DNA from: Ignisphaera sp.
GTDB taxonomy: Archaea; Thermoproteota; Thermoprotei_A; Sulfolobales; Ignisphaeraceae
Length of the DNA: 64,000 nt
Direction: 5' to 3'
NCBI GenBank assembly: GCA_038821645.1
Contig: JAWBDT010000004.1
Coordinates: forward strand, 46,927 to 110,926
The notes under the pieces are model-generated. The model searched no databases. It worked only from the letters and a program-made list of their open reading frames with translations, and was not told where the DNA came from. A program made the translations under genes and the position numbers. Below are positions 39,298 through 50,064 of the stretch, piece after piece. Numbering within the stretch: the stretch's first letter is position 1; each line of letters starts with the position of its first letter.

Positions 39298-40179
39298 TTA
39301 ATCCTCTAGAGTTGTTTTTTCAAATATCTTTGAAGCACTATAAGCAAATACTATAGAGGTAAAGGTAAGTACTGCTAGATCTAGTAAAGGATCCATTGGA
39401 GGAATACCCACATCTGCACCTGTAAGCCAATATCTTACACCGTGTACAGTATAGCTGAGGGGATTAAATATTGCTACATGTTTCATCCATTCCGGCATAG
39501 TTGTTATAGGATAGAATACGCCACTTAAGAACATTACAGGCATATTGAATATGTTGATGATCATCTGAAATCCTTCTATACTTGCCAATTTCAATGCTAT
39601 TACTATTCCGAGAGACGTAAATGCTATTGAGGTTATGAATAGATAGGGAAGAGATACAAGTATTCCTAGGGGATTTAACGAACGTGATATTGTGAATCCT
39701 ATACACATTACTACAAAACCATTAAAGGTGTTTATGATAGAGTCTCCAACTATTCTTCCCAGAATTACTACACCTCTAGGTGCTGGAGCTACAAGTGATT
39801 CTTTAAGAAACCCAAATTGTTTATCCCATATAACGCTTATCCCAGCTATAAAGCTACCCATAAACACAGACATGGTAGCCATACCACTAACCATGAATGT
39901 TGCATAATCAAGTCCTCCAAACCTACTATTGACTATCTGCTGAACGTATTTAGCTATAATATCCATAATGTTACCTGCATTGGGTAAAGCGTCAATACCT
40001 GGAAGAGCTATATCTTTTGGTGTAAACGTGAATACTGTACTCATTCCAAGACCCATGAATATCATCCATAGAAGAGGATTCAGAAAGACGGAAATCACTC
40101 TAGATCTTGCACTCCACCATCTCTTTACATGTCTATATACCATTGCTATAAAGGGAGATAAGTCTAAACTCATTCTCAT
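39298..40179 (-). CDS. ABC-2 type permease (DrrB-like)
   Basis: WDKQFGFLKE..VAP, LSGVFYP...MPEW...NPLSY. Start placed at the ATG after GGAGGTGA. Confidence 0.88.
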   Translation of the reverse strand: MRMSLDLSPFIAMVYRHVKRWWSARSRVISVFLNPLLWMIFMGLGMSTVFTFTPKDIALPGIDALPNAGNIMDIIAKYVQQIVNSRFGGLDYATFMVSGMATMSVFMGSFIAGISVIWDKQFGFLKESLVAPAPRGVVILGRIVGDSIINTFNGFVVMCIGFTISRSLNPLGILVSLPYLFITSIAFTSLGIVIALKLASIEGFQMIINIFNMPVMFLSGVFYPITTMPEWMKHVAIFNPLSYTVHGVRYWLTGADVGIPPMDPLLDLAVLTFTSIVFAYSASKIFEKTTLED

Positions 40180-40180
40180 G

Positions 40181-41155
40181 TCACCTCCATATTCTGAATC
40201 TAGGTGGAATAGATGTTGATTCAAGTGAATCTCTAAGTTCTTTACCAGTTAGATGTAGAAATACCTCATTTAGTGTAGGTCTACGGTAACTCACTTCTTT
40301 AACTTTAACCCCTAGTCTATCTACTATCGAGAATATTTCTGGAAGAGCTTTTGAAGCATTATCTACAACAATTTCTACTCTATCTAGTGAAATTCGTCTA
40401 CAGCTATTAACGAACTTCAGAGCCTCACATATATCTGTATTGCTGTTCTCCAAAGTTACATATATAACATCGCTTCCAATCATAGACTTAAGATCTTCAA
40501 CACTACCTTCAGCTATAATTTTTCCGTGATCCATTATCGCTATCCTATGCGCAAGTTCTTCAGCTTCATCCATATAGTGTGTAGTCATCAGTATGGTCAT
40601 ATCTTTCTCTTTCTTCAATCTTTTTATGTAGTCCCATATTCTTGCCCTAGATTGAGGATCTAAACCAATAGTTGGTTCATCTAGAATCAGCAACTCTGGT
40701 TCGTGAAGAAGGCCTCTGGCTATCTCAAGTCTTCTCCTCATACCTCCGCTAAAGTATTTTACATACTTAGATGCATATTCCTTTAATTCAACAAATTCTA
40801 ATAAATCCATTATCTTTTTCTCAAGTTCTGGACCCCTCAGTCCATAGAGTTTTCCATGAATATACATATTGTCATATGCAGTTAAATCTAGATCTAGACT
40901 AGGATCCTGAAACACTATGCCTATATGTTTCCTAACCTTATCTGGATTCTCAACAACATTGTATCCAGACACAAAAACATTTCCGCTTGTTGGTTTAAGT
41001 ATTGTAGCTATTATATGGATAGTCGTTGTTTTTCCAGCTCCATTAGGACCTAAAAGAGCATATATCTCGCCTCTCCTGATCTTAAAGCTTATACCATTAA
41101 CAGCAACTACATCTTTGAATTTCTTAACAAGATTTTCAACAACAACTATATCCAT
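40181..41155 (-). CDS. ABC exporter ATP-binding subunit (DrrA-like)
   Basis: GPNGAGKTT, FSGGMRRR, LDEPT.GLD, TTHYM. Confidence 0.93.
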   Translation of the reverse strand: MDIVVVENLVKKFKDVVAVNGISFKIRRGEIYALLGPNGAGKTTTIHIIATILKPTSGNVFVSGYNVVENPDKVRKHIGIVFQDPSLDLDLTAYDNMYIHGKLYGLRGPELEKKIMDLLEFVELKEYASKYVKYFSGGMRRRLEIARGLLHEPELLILDEPTIGLDPQSRARIWDYIKRLKKEKDMTILMTTHYMDEAEELAHRIAIMDHGKIIAEGSVEDLKSMIGSDVIYVTLENSNTDICEALKFVNSCRRISLDRVEIVVDNASKALPEIFSIVDRLGVKVKEVSYRRPTLNEVFLHLTGKELRDSLESTSIPPRFRIWR

Positions 41156-41156
41156 T

Positions 41157-41606
41157 CTACCAACCTATAACCTTATTGATATCTTTAACAAAATTCTCTA
41201 TAACATTTCTGAGATACTCGATCTTCTCGTTAGACATTCTATCAAGAGATTCAAAGATATTATAAGCAACTTTCAGAAGCTTATGCAACTCTATCTCTTT
41301 TGCTCTTCTGAAACGCTCGACATATGTATCAACACGATTAACTAAATCCTTATTATCTTCAAGAAACTTTCTACCCTTCTCTGAAAGCTTATACAGTCTA
41401 ATTCTTCTTCCACCAAAATAAGTTACAGTAACATCAACTAGATCCTCTTTCTCAAGTTTCTTAAGCAACATATATATGTGGCCGGGACTTGGAACAAAAC
41501 CTGTGATCTCATTAATTCTCTTCATAATCTCATAGCCGTGTAGAGGTCTCTCTACAAGAAGCTTAAGGACAAAAGCTTTAGCTATCCCTCTATCCATAGG
41601 TCTCAT
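41157..41606 (-). CDS. PadR family transcriptional regulator
   Basis: P.HGYEI, PSPG.IY..L..LE, R..Y.LSEKG. Confidence 0.92.
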   Translation of the reverse strand: MRPMDRGIAKAFVLKLLVERPLHGYEIMKRINEITGFVPSPGHIYMLLKKLEKEDLVDVTVTYFGGRRIRLYKLSEKGRKFLEDNKDLVNRVDTYVERFRRAKEIELHKLLKVAYNIFESLDRMSNEKIEYLRNVIENFVKDINKVIGW

Positions 41607-41607
41607 A

Positions 41608-41625
41608 ATATATCTCCAGATATAT
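41608..41625. promoter_or_regulatory. Candidate PadR operator (8-2-8 palindrome)
   Basis: ATATATCT-CC-AGATATAT immediately upstream of the padR ATG. Confidence 0.4.
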
Positions 41626-41779
41626 CTCGAGTACTATCATCAGAAATACATAAAGAGAAAATATAAGTGTTCTTCACAAATATGTAGAAACTTGTCAAAA
41701 TCTAGATACAGTCATTTAGAATACCTCTAAACAGGTTCTTTAGCAGGTCTTGATATAGATAGATGTTGATCCATCTGTC

Positions 41780-42433
41780 TTATCTATATCGACAACTATT
41801 GAGAGCATTAATAACAAATAAGTTAGCTCTATACTCTTTATCTAAAGTTGTTTTAGGACCATGTCCTGGTAACACTATTGTTTCTAGAGGATATAAGCTG
41901 TAGATTTTGCACAAACTCTTCAGAAGATCTTCTTCACAACCTCCAGGTAGTTCAGTAGTTCCTACAGATCCAGAGAATAGTGTATCACCTGTCAATAGCG
42001 AAGATATAGACGGTATATAGATAGTTATCGAGCCTGGTGTATGTCCAGGTGTATGCAGTATGTATATCTCTATAGATTTAAATCTATGATACCCCTCTCT
42101 ATCAATAACCTTATCTGGCTCTACCTTTCTGTAATCTATATTGAACTGTCTAGCCAAATCATAGTTATAATCTAGAATCTCGAGATCGTCTCTATGGATT
42201 AGGAATTCTGCATCAAGCTCGTCTCTAAGTTTATCAACACCTTCTAAATGATCAAAATGTCCATGAGTTGCTATAATCGCTACTATATTCAAACCCATAG
42301 ATTTTATCCATTCTATTAAATCCTTACTATAACTACCTGGATCAACTATAATACCATCTAATGTATGTTCATTGTATACTACATAGGTATTAGTATTAAA
42401 GAATCCTAGGACAAATAGCTTAATGCCATACAT
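41780..42433 (-). CDS. Metallo-beta-lactamase fold hydrolase (glyoxalase II-like)
   Basis: THGHFDH, TPGHTPGS, GDTLF, PGHG. Confidence 0.92.
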   Translation of the reverse strand: MYGIKLFVLGFFNTNTYVVYNEHTLDGIIVDPGSYSKDLIEWIKSMGLNIVAIIATHGHFDHLEGVDKLRDELDAEFLIHRDDLEILDYNYDLARQFNIDYRKVEPDKVIDREGYHRFKSIEIYILHTPGHTPGSITIYIPSISSLLTGDTLFSGSVGTTELPGGCEEDLLKSLCKIYSLYPLETIVLPGHGPKTTLDKEYRANLFVINALNSCRYR

Positions 42434-42907
42434 AGATACAACCTATGTAATTAATTTAATAATCAAAACTTTATATCTAACTATCTCTAGATCTTTAACT
42501 ATGCATTAGCGTCCTGATTTTTGTAGATAATAATCTGCAGTACAGATAATAGTAGTTGTCTTATATCTAGGAAACTCTATATCGTTGCATCTCTCTATAC
42601 TATATGGTTAAGTTATACAGGATTTAGATATCTGTGGAATTATGGATTAGGATATGTATAGAATCAGGAATTCTAGATACAAGAAGATCTATGCTGTAGA
42701 TTTGTAGATACTATAGGGACTGAATCAGTATTTGTGTTAGCTTTAGTGGTGGTGATTGATGATGTGGATATCTATAGTCATTTGATCTAAATAGATTGAA
42801 TAGTGGGTTTATCTATGCTAGCTTTATTTACAGCTTATTTCTGATTTAGAGTGAAAAATTTTTATTCTAGTTGTAGGTGTTGAGGGTCTTTATATAGTGA
42901 TAATCTC

Positions 42908-44161
42908 ATGAGCAAGATATGGTATATAGTTGTAGCGTTCATGTCTATGCTTTTTGCAAGCTTTGGAACAGCAGGATCTCTATTCATACTCTACATTAAA
43001 GATATCTATAGACTTGACAACATTACACCTATAGCAATTGGAGCTACTATATCTAGTGGAGTATCTATTGTAGCTATGATTGTTATGGGCTATCTATACG
43101 ATAGATATGGTTTGTTTATGCCGATGGCCACAGCTACAGGATCTATGGCTGGATGGAGTTTTTGTATAGGTTACATGGGTAGATTTTCGTCTTGGAATCA
43201 AGCATCTACTGTATGGTATGTAGCTGCAGTATTCCAGGGCTTCGTAATGGCGTCTATTATGATAGGGCTTAATCCAACGCTTATGACTATGTTTCCTAAT
43301 AGGAGAGGTTTAGCAGTATCTGTAACTCAATCAGCTCAAGCATTAGCAATGTCTTTTTGGTCGTATACATCTATCTATTTGATAAAGTTATTGAACTTCT
43401 TTAATGCTTTAGCGGTTATGGGTCTCATAGGTACTACATCGATAGCTTTAACCACAATTATATTCAGTAGAGTAAGAGCATCAAATCTTACCAAGGGTGA
43501 TGAGGATGATAGACATAGCCAGAATAGAATAGAGAAACAAGACTATTTATCAAAAAGATTGCTAGCACTATCTTTCGCTATGATCCTCTTCATAGCTCTT
43601 TCATCTATTGTGATAATGAGCTTCTTTGCTGGTCTTATAGAAGAATCATTTACTTTTGCCACTACCTCGACATCTATACGTGAAGATATTGTGCCTCAAG
43701 TGATGATGGTAACAGGTTTTCTACAAGCATTAGCAGCAATATTATGGGGATACTCTATAGATAGACTTGGACCACTAAAGACTATTCCGATAATATACTT
43801 GATGGAGACTGTGAGCACGATATTTAGCTTCATAGTCTATACTGTGAATCCCTGGATAGCTTCATCGTTTATAGCTTTAAGATATATATTCTTTAGTGCT
43901 GAACCAACTGTTCATTGGGCTCTTATTCCAGTGCTTTTTGGGTTGAAGAGTTTAGGCAAGATATCTGGTATACTTAATACTGCTCCTATGATAGCTTCAG
44001 TACTAGCACCTGTAGCTGGAGGATTGATTAGAGATATCTATGGAAGTCATCGATATATACTAATTCTATCTACAGTTTTATCTCTTCTATCACTAGTTTT
44101 CTATATAGTGATGAAGAGTGTTGCTAACAGAGCTAAGATAAGTAGTCTAGAGGTATATTAG
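42908..44161 (+). CDS. MFS transporter (OFA-like)
   Basis: About 12 TM segments, GYLYDRYG, FPNRRGLA, GYSIDRLG. Confidence 0.85.
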   Translation: MSKIWYIVVAFMSMLFASFGTAGSLFILYIKDIYRLDNITPIAIGATISSGVSIVAMIVMGYLYDRYGLFMPMATATGSMAGWSFCIGYMGRFSSWNQASTVWYVAAVFQGFVMASIMIGLNPTLMTMFPNRRGLAVSVTQSAQALAMSFWSYTSIYLIKLLNFFNALAVMGLIGTTSIALTTIIFSRVRASNLTKGDEDDRHSQNRIEKQDYLSKRLLALSFAMILFIALSSIVIMSFFAGLIEESFTFATTSTSIREDIVPQVMMVTGFLQALAAILWGYSIDRLGPLKTIPIIYLMETVSTIFSFIVYTVNPWIASSFIALRYIFFSAEPTVHWALIPVLFGLKSLGKISGILNTAPMIASVLAPVAGGLIRDIYGSHRYILILSTVLSLLSLVFYIVMKSVANRAKISSLEVY

Positions 44162-44830
44162 TGAGATTGAGGTTAATAGGATAAGTAGTTGGAACAGTAG
44201 TGCTTTTGTGCTATAAATTGGTCTTGGACAAAAAGAGTATCTTTTTAGATAGATACCTTCGCTAAACATATCCACTATCTCATCACCTCTTACGAATAGT
44301 ATAGACAATGTTTTCCATGGTTTTTCATTCTTCAGTCTATGTACATAAATAACTTCTTGAGCTTCTTTAAGAATCTGTGATATAGATCTCCATAGAAGTG
44401 GAACTATTGTTGAAACAGTTCTTGAAACTTTGTGAAGTAAATAGGATGTTTCAGCTATATTTATACAATGAAATAGATAGAACATAGATAAAGAAAATAC
44501 TTCAGCTCTTATGAAGACCTCGAGAAAGGATTCTATACTGGTTTTTCCCATAAGGTATAGAACTAAGGTATTGGAGATAGCCATCCATAGAGATGGTATA
44601 GAGGTTAAGAGGGCTGAGTAAATGAACAGTTTCTGCATTGAGAAAAATAGGTAGTAGAGAAAGATTAGTACAGTTATTACCAACGATTGGAAAGGTTTAG
44701 ATGAAACCGCTATTGCTGTAGCTAAAACTATGGCTGTAAGTAGAGCTGTTGAACCAAGTCTAGCTTCAGAAAGACCATAGAGGAATAGAGCATTAGATAG
44801 AAACTTAATGAATCTAGCTATAATGCTCAT
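44147..44830 (-). CDS. Putative ECF transporter T component
   Basis: TM protein directly after the ECF ATPase; degenerate RLK/LKR motifs. Confidence 0.6.
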   Translation of the reverse strand: MSIIARFIKFLSNALFLYGLSEARLGSTALLTAIVLATAIAVSSKPFQSLVITVLIFLYYLFFSMQKLFIYSALLTSIPSLWMAISNTLVLYLMGKTSIESFLEVFIRAEVFSLSMFYLFHCINIAETSYLLHKVSRTVSTIVPLLWRSISQILKEAQEVIYVHRLKNEKPWKTLSILFVRGDEIVDMFSEGIYLKRYSFCPRPIYSTKALLFQLLILLTSISLIYL

Positions 44831-44832
44831 AT

Positions 44833-46122
44833 CTATCCAAGCTCGATAACCTTATTAGATATGTACCTTAATTCTTCACCATGGCTTGCAACAGCTATTC
44901 CACAACCATGTTTAGCTAAGAGACATAGAGATTCTAGAACATGCATAGCGTTCCAGGGATCAAGACCAACAGTAGGCTCATCTATTAAGAGAACTTTTGG
45001 CTGTCTAATGAATGCAGAAGCTATAGCGAGTCTCCTTCTTTCACCACTACTTAGCATAGCTATTGGTGTATCTAAAGCTCTTTCGAGGTTGAACTTTTTA
45101 GCAATATCTATTCTATCCATGAGCTCTTCTCTCGGTGTTGGTGATGATATGTAATATAGAGGATTTTCGGGAATAAACTGTATCCCTTTAGGTCTCTTTA
45201 TAGATCCCTTTACTGGTTTAAGTATGCCAGCCAATATCTTTAGTAATGTTGATTTACCTGATCCCGATGTACCTTTAATCCATGTTATACCTCCTTTCTC
45301 AATATCTATATCCATTCCATTAATCACGTATCTCTCTCCATCGGGATATTTGAACCATACATCTCTAGCTTCTATAACAATTTCGTCTTCATTACTTGAA
45401 CATGGAGAGAGCTTTTCTGCGTATTCATTTAGTTTAGTGAGATCATCGTAAATAGGTGTCTCTTTTGGATCTTCATATATTTTAGCAGAACCATTATCTA
45501 TGTAGAGTACAGAATCTACCACACCTCTCCATAGCTCTACATCATGATCTACTACAATCGTAGAAACACCAGAATTCTTTAACTTCTTAACCAATTTCAC
45601 TATCTTGTGTCTAGATTGTGTATCTAGATATGATGAAGCTTCATCTATTAAAATAACATCTTTTCTAGATATGTAAGCCTCTAATAGTGCTATTCTCTCA
45701 ATTTCTCCAGCACTTAATGAAGATGTTGAGCTCCATAAACAGTTATGGATACCGAACTCTTTCGCCATATTGATAATTTTCTGAGAATTGTTTCCACTAT
45801 AGAACATGATCTCTATGTATGGATATGGCGTTGATATGGAGAACCATGGCTCTTGAACTATATAGTATATATGTTTTGAAGCTGAATAACTGTTATGGAT
45901 TTTCTCTCCATAGATCTCAATACTACCCTTTATCACCATATCGAAAAGCTCTTTAGCTATAAAAGTTAGAGCTCTTAAGAGTGTAGTCTTACCGGAACCA
46001 GATCTACCTAAAATAAGTAGCGTTTCTCCTCTATCAATAGAGAAAGATATGTGATTCAGTATAGTTCTTCCTCTAGCCTCTACCTTCAGATCCTTTACCT
46101 CTAACACCTTTGGCTCTCTCAA
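44833..46122 (-). CDS. ECF transporter duplicated ATPase (AA')
   Basis: Two ABC domains: GRSGSGKTT/LSAGE/IDEA and GTSGSGKST/LSSGE/IDEPT. Confidence 0.88.
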   Translation of the reverse strand: MREPKVLEVKDLKVEARGRTILNHISFSIDRGETLLILGRSGSGKTTLLRALTFIAKELFDMVIKGSIEIYGEKIHNSYSASKHIYYIVQEPWFSISTPYPYIEIMFYSGNNSQKIINMAKEFGIHNCLWSSTSSLSAGEIERIALLEAYISRKDVILIDEASSYLDTQSRHKIVKLVKKLKNSGVSTIVVDHDVELWRGVVDSVLYIDNGSAKIYEDPKETPIYDDLTKLNEYAEKLSPCSSNEDEIVIEARDVWFKYPDGERYVINGMDIDIEKGGITWIKGTSGSGKSTLLKILAGILKPVKGSIKRPKGIQFIPENPLYYISSPTPREELMDRIDIAKKFNLERALDTPIAMLSSGERRRLAIASAFIRQPKVLLIDEPTVGLDPWNAMHVLESLCLLAKHGCGIAVASHGEELRYISNKVIELG

Positions 46123-46849
46123 TAAACTGCACCACAGGATAGGCGATAACTACGCCAGCTGAAAACTGACCTATATTGATTGGTACTTCAGCTAGTGCAG
46201 CTATAGGCTCTTTCCCCAGTATTAATGGATTTGATACAAAATATTCATAAAGGAAGTATCCTAGAACCATAACCATACCTCCTAAAATCATTGGTAATAC
46301 ATAAGGCTTCAATCTAGCTATACAGATCACAGCAATAGACATCACAATTACTGCAATGGCAATAACTATCCATATATAGGAGGGTAGCGCTAGATAGAGA
46401 TAGGGTACAGACATAGGTGTTCCAGAGACATGTATCCATCCCAATTCTATTGACAGATGTTCTTCACCTCTGTAAAAAGCTATAGGTAGTGCAATAGCTA
46501 GAGCAAGGATAACACCAAGAATAACAACAGCAACATTAATTATACTACTCTTACTCGTGGCTCTAACCTTGGATATCAGTTTCGATACTATAAATCCTTC
46601 ACAAAACTTTATAGCAAATGTTGCAGGAGCGAAATAACCATAGCCTAGAACTATATCAGCAATAGCTGGTCCTAAACCTGATGCTATAGCCGTCACAATA
46701 GGGTTAGATATAGATGCTATAACGTATATAGATGCTTCACCTAAGTTAAAGTAGCCTCCAGTAGCAGGTGTTTCAATAACGAGAATTGCTGTAGCTATAA
46801 ACGTTATGGCTGTATAGATTGCTATTCTCACAATATCCTGGAACTTCAT
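46073..46849 (-). CDS. ECF transporter S component (DUF1393-like)
   Basis: P.TGGYFNLGE, G.G.AIAD..GY..FAP.T..IK..EG, N..Q. Confidence 0.85.
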   Translation of the reverse strand: MKFQDIVRIAIYTAITFIATAILVIETPATGGYFNLGEASIYVIASISNPIVTAIASGLGPAIADIVLGYGYFAPATFAIKFCEGFIVSKLISKVRATSKSSIINVAVVILGVILALAIALPIAFYRGEEHLSIELGWIHVSGTPMSVPYLYLALPSYIWIVIAIAVIVMSIAVICIARLKPYVLPMILGGMVMVLGYFLYEYFVSNPLILGKEPIAALAEVPINIGQFSAGVVIAYPVVQFIERAKGVRGKGSEGRG

Positions 46850-47006
46850 AAAACTCCTTCACCTTTTGCAGCATCTCCAGTATCACAAAATAAGCTTTAT
46901 CAAAATAGTTTACTGCTAAAACATTAAGATGCTGGTCTGGTTCATAATGCATAAATTTGTAGTTATAGTTATGCTTTACTAGACTTTATTAGAGAGTGTT
47001 AATCAA

Positions 47007-47768
47007 ATGCTCTACAAGATATTTGAAGATATCTACGCTTTAGCAGATCTACCTTTGGTATATGTTCCCAAATTTAAGGCTATAGTTATGGCTGATGTAC
47101 ATCTAGGTTTCGAAGAAGATATGGCTTCTAAAGGTATCTTTTTGCCGAGGATTCAGCTTAAGAAGGCTATAGAAGTAGTGGAAAAAGCTATCAGCCGCGT
47201 AAATATATCGATACTCATAATTGCTGGCGATATTAAGCATCATTTCGAGAAACTAGGTAAAAAGGAAGCGAAAGATCTTAAAGAATTTCTAGAGTTTACT
47301 ACAAAGAGATTCAAAAAAGTTATAGTTGTTAGAGGTAATCATGATACATACCTTCTCTCTCTTTCGAGAAGATTGGGGATAGAGCTTTACGATAGACTTT
47401 GGTTAGACAGAATTCTTATTGTTCATGGACATAGAGAACTTGTGGATAACGATAATCCGGACCTAGTGATTATGGGTCACGAACATCCTAGTATAGCTAT
47501 AAGAGATCCCGTAACTGGGTACGGTAGCAAGTTTCCATGCTTTCTCTTGATACCATTGAAAAGAGGAGGATATGTACTGGTTCTTCCAGCAGTAGGTCTA
47601 TATCAAAGTGGTACAGCTATATCTACAAACATAGAAAGTTATCTTTCACCAATAATTCGTGAAGAAGCTATAATTGAGGAAGCAAAACCTTTCGTTATAG
47701 TTGAGGGAGAAGGGGTTATCGAGTTACCAAAACTGAAAACAGTTGAAGATCTAATGCTTTCTTTCTAG
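47007..47768 (+). CDS. Calcineurin-like metallophosphoesterase (COG1407 type)
   Basis: ADVHLG, GDIKH, GNHD, HGH, GHEHP, VLPA. Confidence 0.88.
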   Translation: MLYKIFEDIYALADLPLVYVPKFKAIVMADVHLGFEEDMASKGIFLPRIQLKKAIEVVEKAISRVNISILIIAGDIKHHFEKLGKKEAKDLKEFLEFTTKRFKKVIVVRGNHDTYLLSLSRRLGIELYDRLWLDRILIVHGHRELVDNDNPDLVIMGHEHPSIAIRDPVTGYGSKFPCFLLIPLKRGGYVLVLPAVGLYQSGTAISTNIESYLSPIIREEAIIEEAKPFVIVEGEGVIELPKLKTVEDLMLSF

Positions 47769-47842
47769 CTTTAAAACACTATTTTAAACTTTAAACTAGA
47801 TCAGTTTCATAAAAGCTTTTAAATCTCGTTAAAAATCCTTAT

Positions 47843-48568
47843 TTGTTAAAAGAGTGTGAGACTATATCCTCCGATAGTTATTCTCAAAAAGAGTTGTATC
47901 AAAAATATCTATCAGATCTTGGAAATCCAAACATAAGTGTCAAAATAGAGAACATAGTTGCTACTGTAGCCATAGATCAGCACATAGATCTTGAATATCT
48001 AGATAAAGTATTACCAAATGTTGACTATGATCCAGATCAATTCCCAGGACTTGTGTTTAGGTTAGAGAGCCCAAAGGTAACAGCACTAATATTTCGATCA
48101 GGCCGAATGGTTGTAACAGGTTCAAAAAGTACAGCTAACTTGATAAAAGCTGTTAAGAAGATAGTGAAGGTTTTATTAAAGCATGGAGTCTCAATAACCA
48201 CAAAACCAAGGATACAGGTACAAAATATTGTAGCTTCTGTAAGTCTTGGTGGTGAAGTACTTCTAGAGAAAGTAGCATTTCTACTCGAAAATACTATGTA
48301 TGAACCTGAGCAATTTCCAGGACTTATATACAGAATGGAGGATCCTCATGTAGTTCTACTAATATTTAGTAGTGGTAAAATGGTTGTTACTGGTGCTAAA
48401 AGTGAGGAAGAAGTATTTCTAGCAGTTAGAAATATATTCCTCAAACTTAAAGAACTTGGATGTCTAAAGGAAACCACATCTGAAGAAGAGATACTTAGTG
48501 AAGAGCTAGAGACTCTTGAAGGTGGTAGAGGAAGAAGGAAGCTTACATATAAAGACTTTCTATTCTAG
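47843..48568 (+). CDS. tbp: TATA-box binding protein
   Basis: Two repeats NIVA(T/S)V..Y(D/E)P(D/E)QFPGL..LIF.SG(R/K)MVVTG.KS; acidic tail. Start codon uncertain. Confidence 0.97.
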   Translation: MLKECETISSDSYSQKELYQKYLSDLGNPNISVKIENIVATVAIDQHIDLEYLDKVLPNVDYDPDQFPGLVFRLESPKVTALIFRSGRMVVTGSKSTANLIKAVKKIVKVLLKHGVSITTKPRIQVQNIVASVSLGGEVLLEKVAFLLENTMYEPEQFPGLIYRMEDPHVVLLIFSSGKMVVTGAKSEEEVFLAVRNIFLKLKELGCLKETTSEEEILSEELETLEGGRGRRKLTYKDFLF

Positions 48569-48578
48569 AGTGCTGAAT

Positions 48579-50057
48579 CTAATAGCTATGCCATATAGAT
48601 ACAGCATCTATATCAAATCCAGATAGTTTTTCCCCAACATAATCTATTTTTGCTACAGTAGGTGTTTTAACCCATTCGCCAAGTAATATAGCTTCTCCAG
48701 TATTTAGACCCGGAAGCTCATTGATAACCTCATGTACAACAGATTCACAGTATCTAGCTACATAAGCTTGATCTTCTGGATGAACAATTCTCAATATAGC
48801 TAGATTACCAAGCTGACTTAGAATCGTTGAATCGAGGCCTCTAGGTCTTTGAGAAACCACAACTAGTCCTACACCAAATTTCCTACCTTCTCTAACTATA
48901 GATATGGCTTCTCTTTTTGTAGCAGTTTCGTAATCATTTGGTAAAAACACATGGGCTTCTTCAATAACAACTAAGATAGGTATAGGAAAACCTCTTTTAT
49001 TTTCGCTAATAGTTGCTTCTTTTCTTGATGTCAGTAATCTGTTGAGCCAATGAGCTATAACGGCATCGGCTTGATTTATGTGTAGTTCACTTAAGTCTAC
49101 AACATTTATAGCACCTAGAACAATTCTATCGAGAACATCATCAACATTCTCATCTAGAATCTTCTTGAGATATCTCTCATAAACAGTTATAGAATCTAGA
49201 AGCTTTTGAGCAGATGATCCATATCTAGCTATTCTATTTTGTAGACACTTCTTGATATATTGAAAGAACTCTACGCCATTATTTTGATTACTCTCTAGAC
49301 ATTCATATAAAGCCATTCTCTGTCTAGATGCGTTCACCGGTATATTAAGTAGTCTAGCAATCTCATCTAAATTCATGGTTCTTGGATTCAGCTTAGGTTT
49401 TATTATATTCAAACTCTTCATGTTCATCGACACATATTCGCCGTGGTAATCAAAGATAACAATAGTGCCATTCTTTTCAACAACTCTTTTGGCTATCAAT
49501 GCAACTAAGTTGCTCTTGCCCATACCGGTCATAGCCAATATGCCTAGATGTCTAGATACAACTTTATTGATATTGACTTTAGCCTCTACTGTAGGCTCTC
49601 TCAAGAGCACTCCTATACGTATATAGCTATCTTTATTAGGACTGAATATTTTTGATAGAAAGGATCTAGCTGCTTTAAATACTTCAGTTCCAGGTGGTGG
49701 AGGTATAGGAGGTATCTTCAGTTTCTGTGATTCAGGATCAAGATACCCTAAAATGTTTACTAAACCTTTGTAGTAGTACATCCTCTCTCCACCTTTTATG
49801 GTCTTCACTATCCTCTCAATGTCTTTCGGATCATAGATATCGCTAGTTATAACATGGCTACCTATTGTTGATGAACTAACCATTGATAGTACATGATAAC
49901 CATAGTACTCCATGCACAAGTATTCACCAATTGTAAGAGGTCTTGATGCAATTATTTCAGCTCTATAGGGTTTACTTTCTCCTACAACAAATCCAACGCT
50001 CTCTACATCTACTCTGTCTATAGATATACCATCTCTATAAGAGTTAGTTAGAGCCAT
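48579..50057 (-). CDS. herA: DNA double-strand break repair helicase HerA (canonical-like)
   Basis: HAS barrel, RHLGILAMTGMGKS, DYHGEY, IEEAH, REGRKFG, SQRP. Confidence 0.92.
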   Translation of the reverse strand: MALTNSYRDGISIDRVDVESVGFVVGESKPYRAEIIASRPLTIGEYLCMEYYGYHVLSMVSSSTIGSHVITSDIYDPKDIERIVKTIKGGERMYYYKGLVNILGYLDPESQKLKIPPIPPPPGTEVFKAARSFLSKIFSPNKDSYIRIGVLLREPTVEAKVNINKVVSRHLGILAMTGMGKSNLVALIAKRVVEKNGTIVIFDYHGEYVSMNMKSLNIIKPKLNPRTMNLDEIARLLNIPVNASRQRMALYECLESNQNNGVEFFQYIKKCLQNRIARYGSSAQKLLDSITVYERYLKKILDENVDDVLDRIVLGAINVVDLSELHINQADAVIAHWLNRLLTSRKEATISENKRGFPIPILVVIEEAHVFLPNDYETATKREAISIVREGRKFGVGLVVVSQRPRGLDSTILSQLGNLAILRIVHPEDQAYVARYCESVVHEVINELPGLNTGEAILLGEWVKTPTVAKIDYVGEKLSGFDIDAVSIWHSY

Positions 50058-50064
50058 AGATTAG

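Noticed and set aside
47007-47768. Metallophosphoesterase near herA/nurA as Mre11
   Set aside because: Too short, with a COG1407-type motif set (GDIKH, GHEHP); no adjacent rad50.
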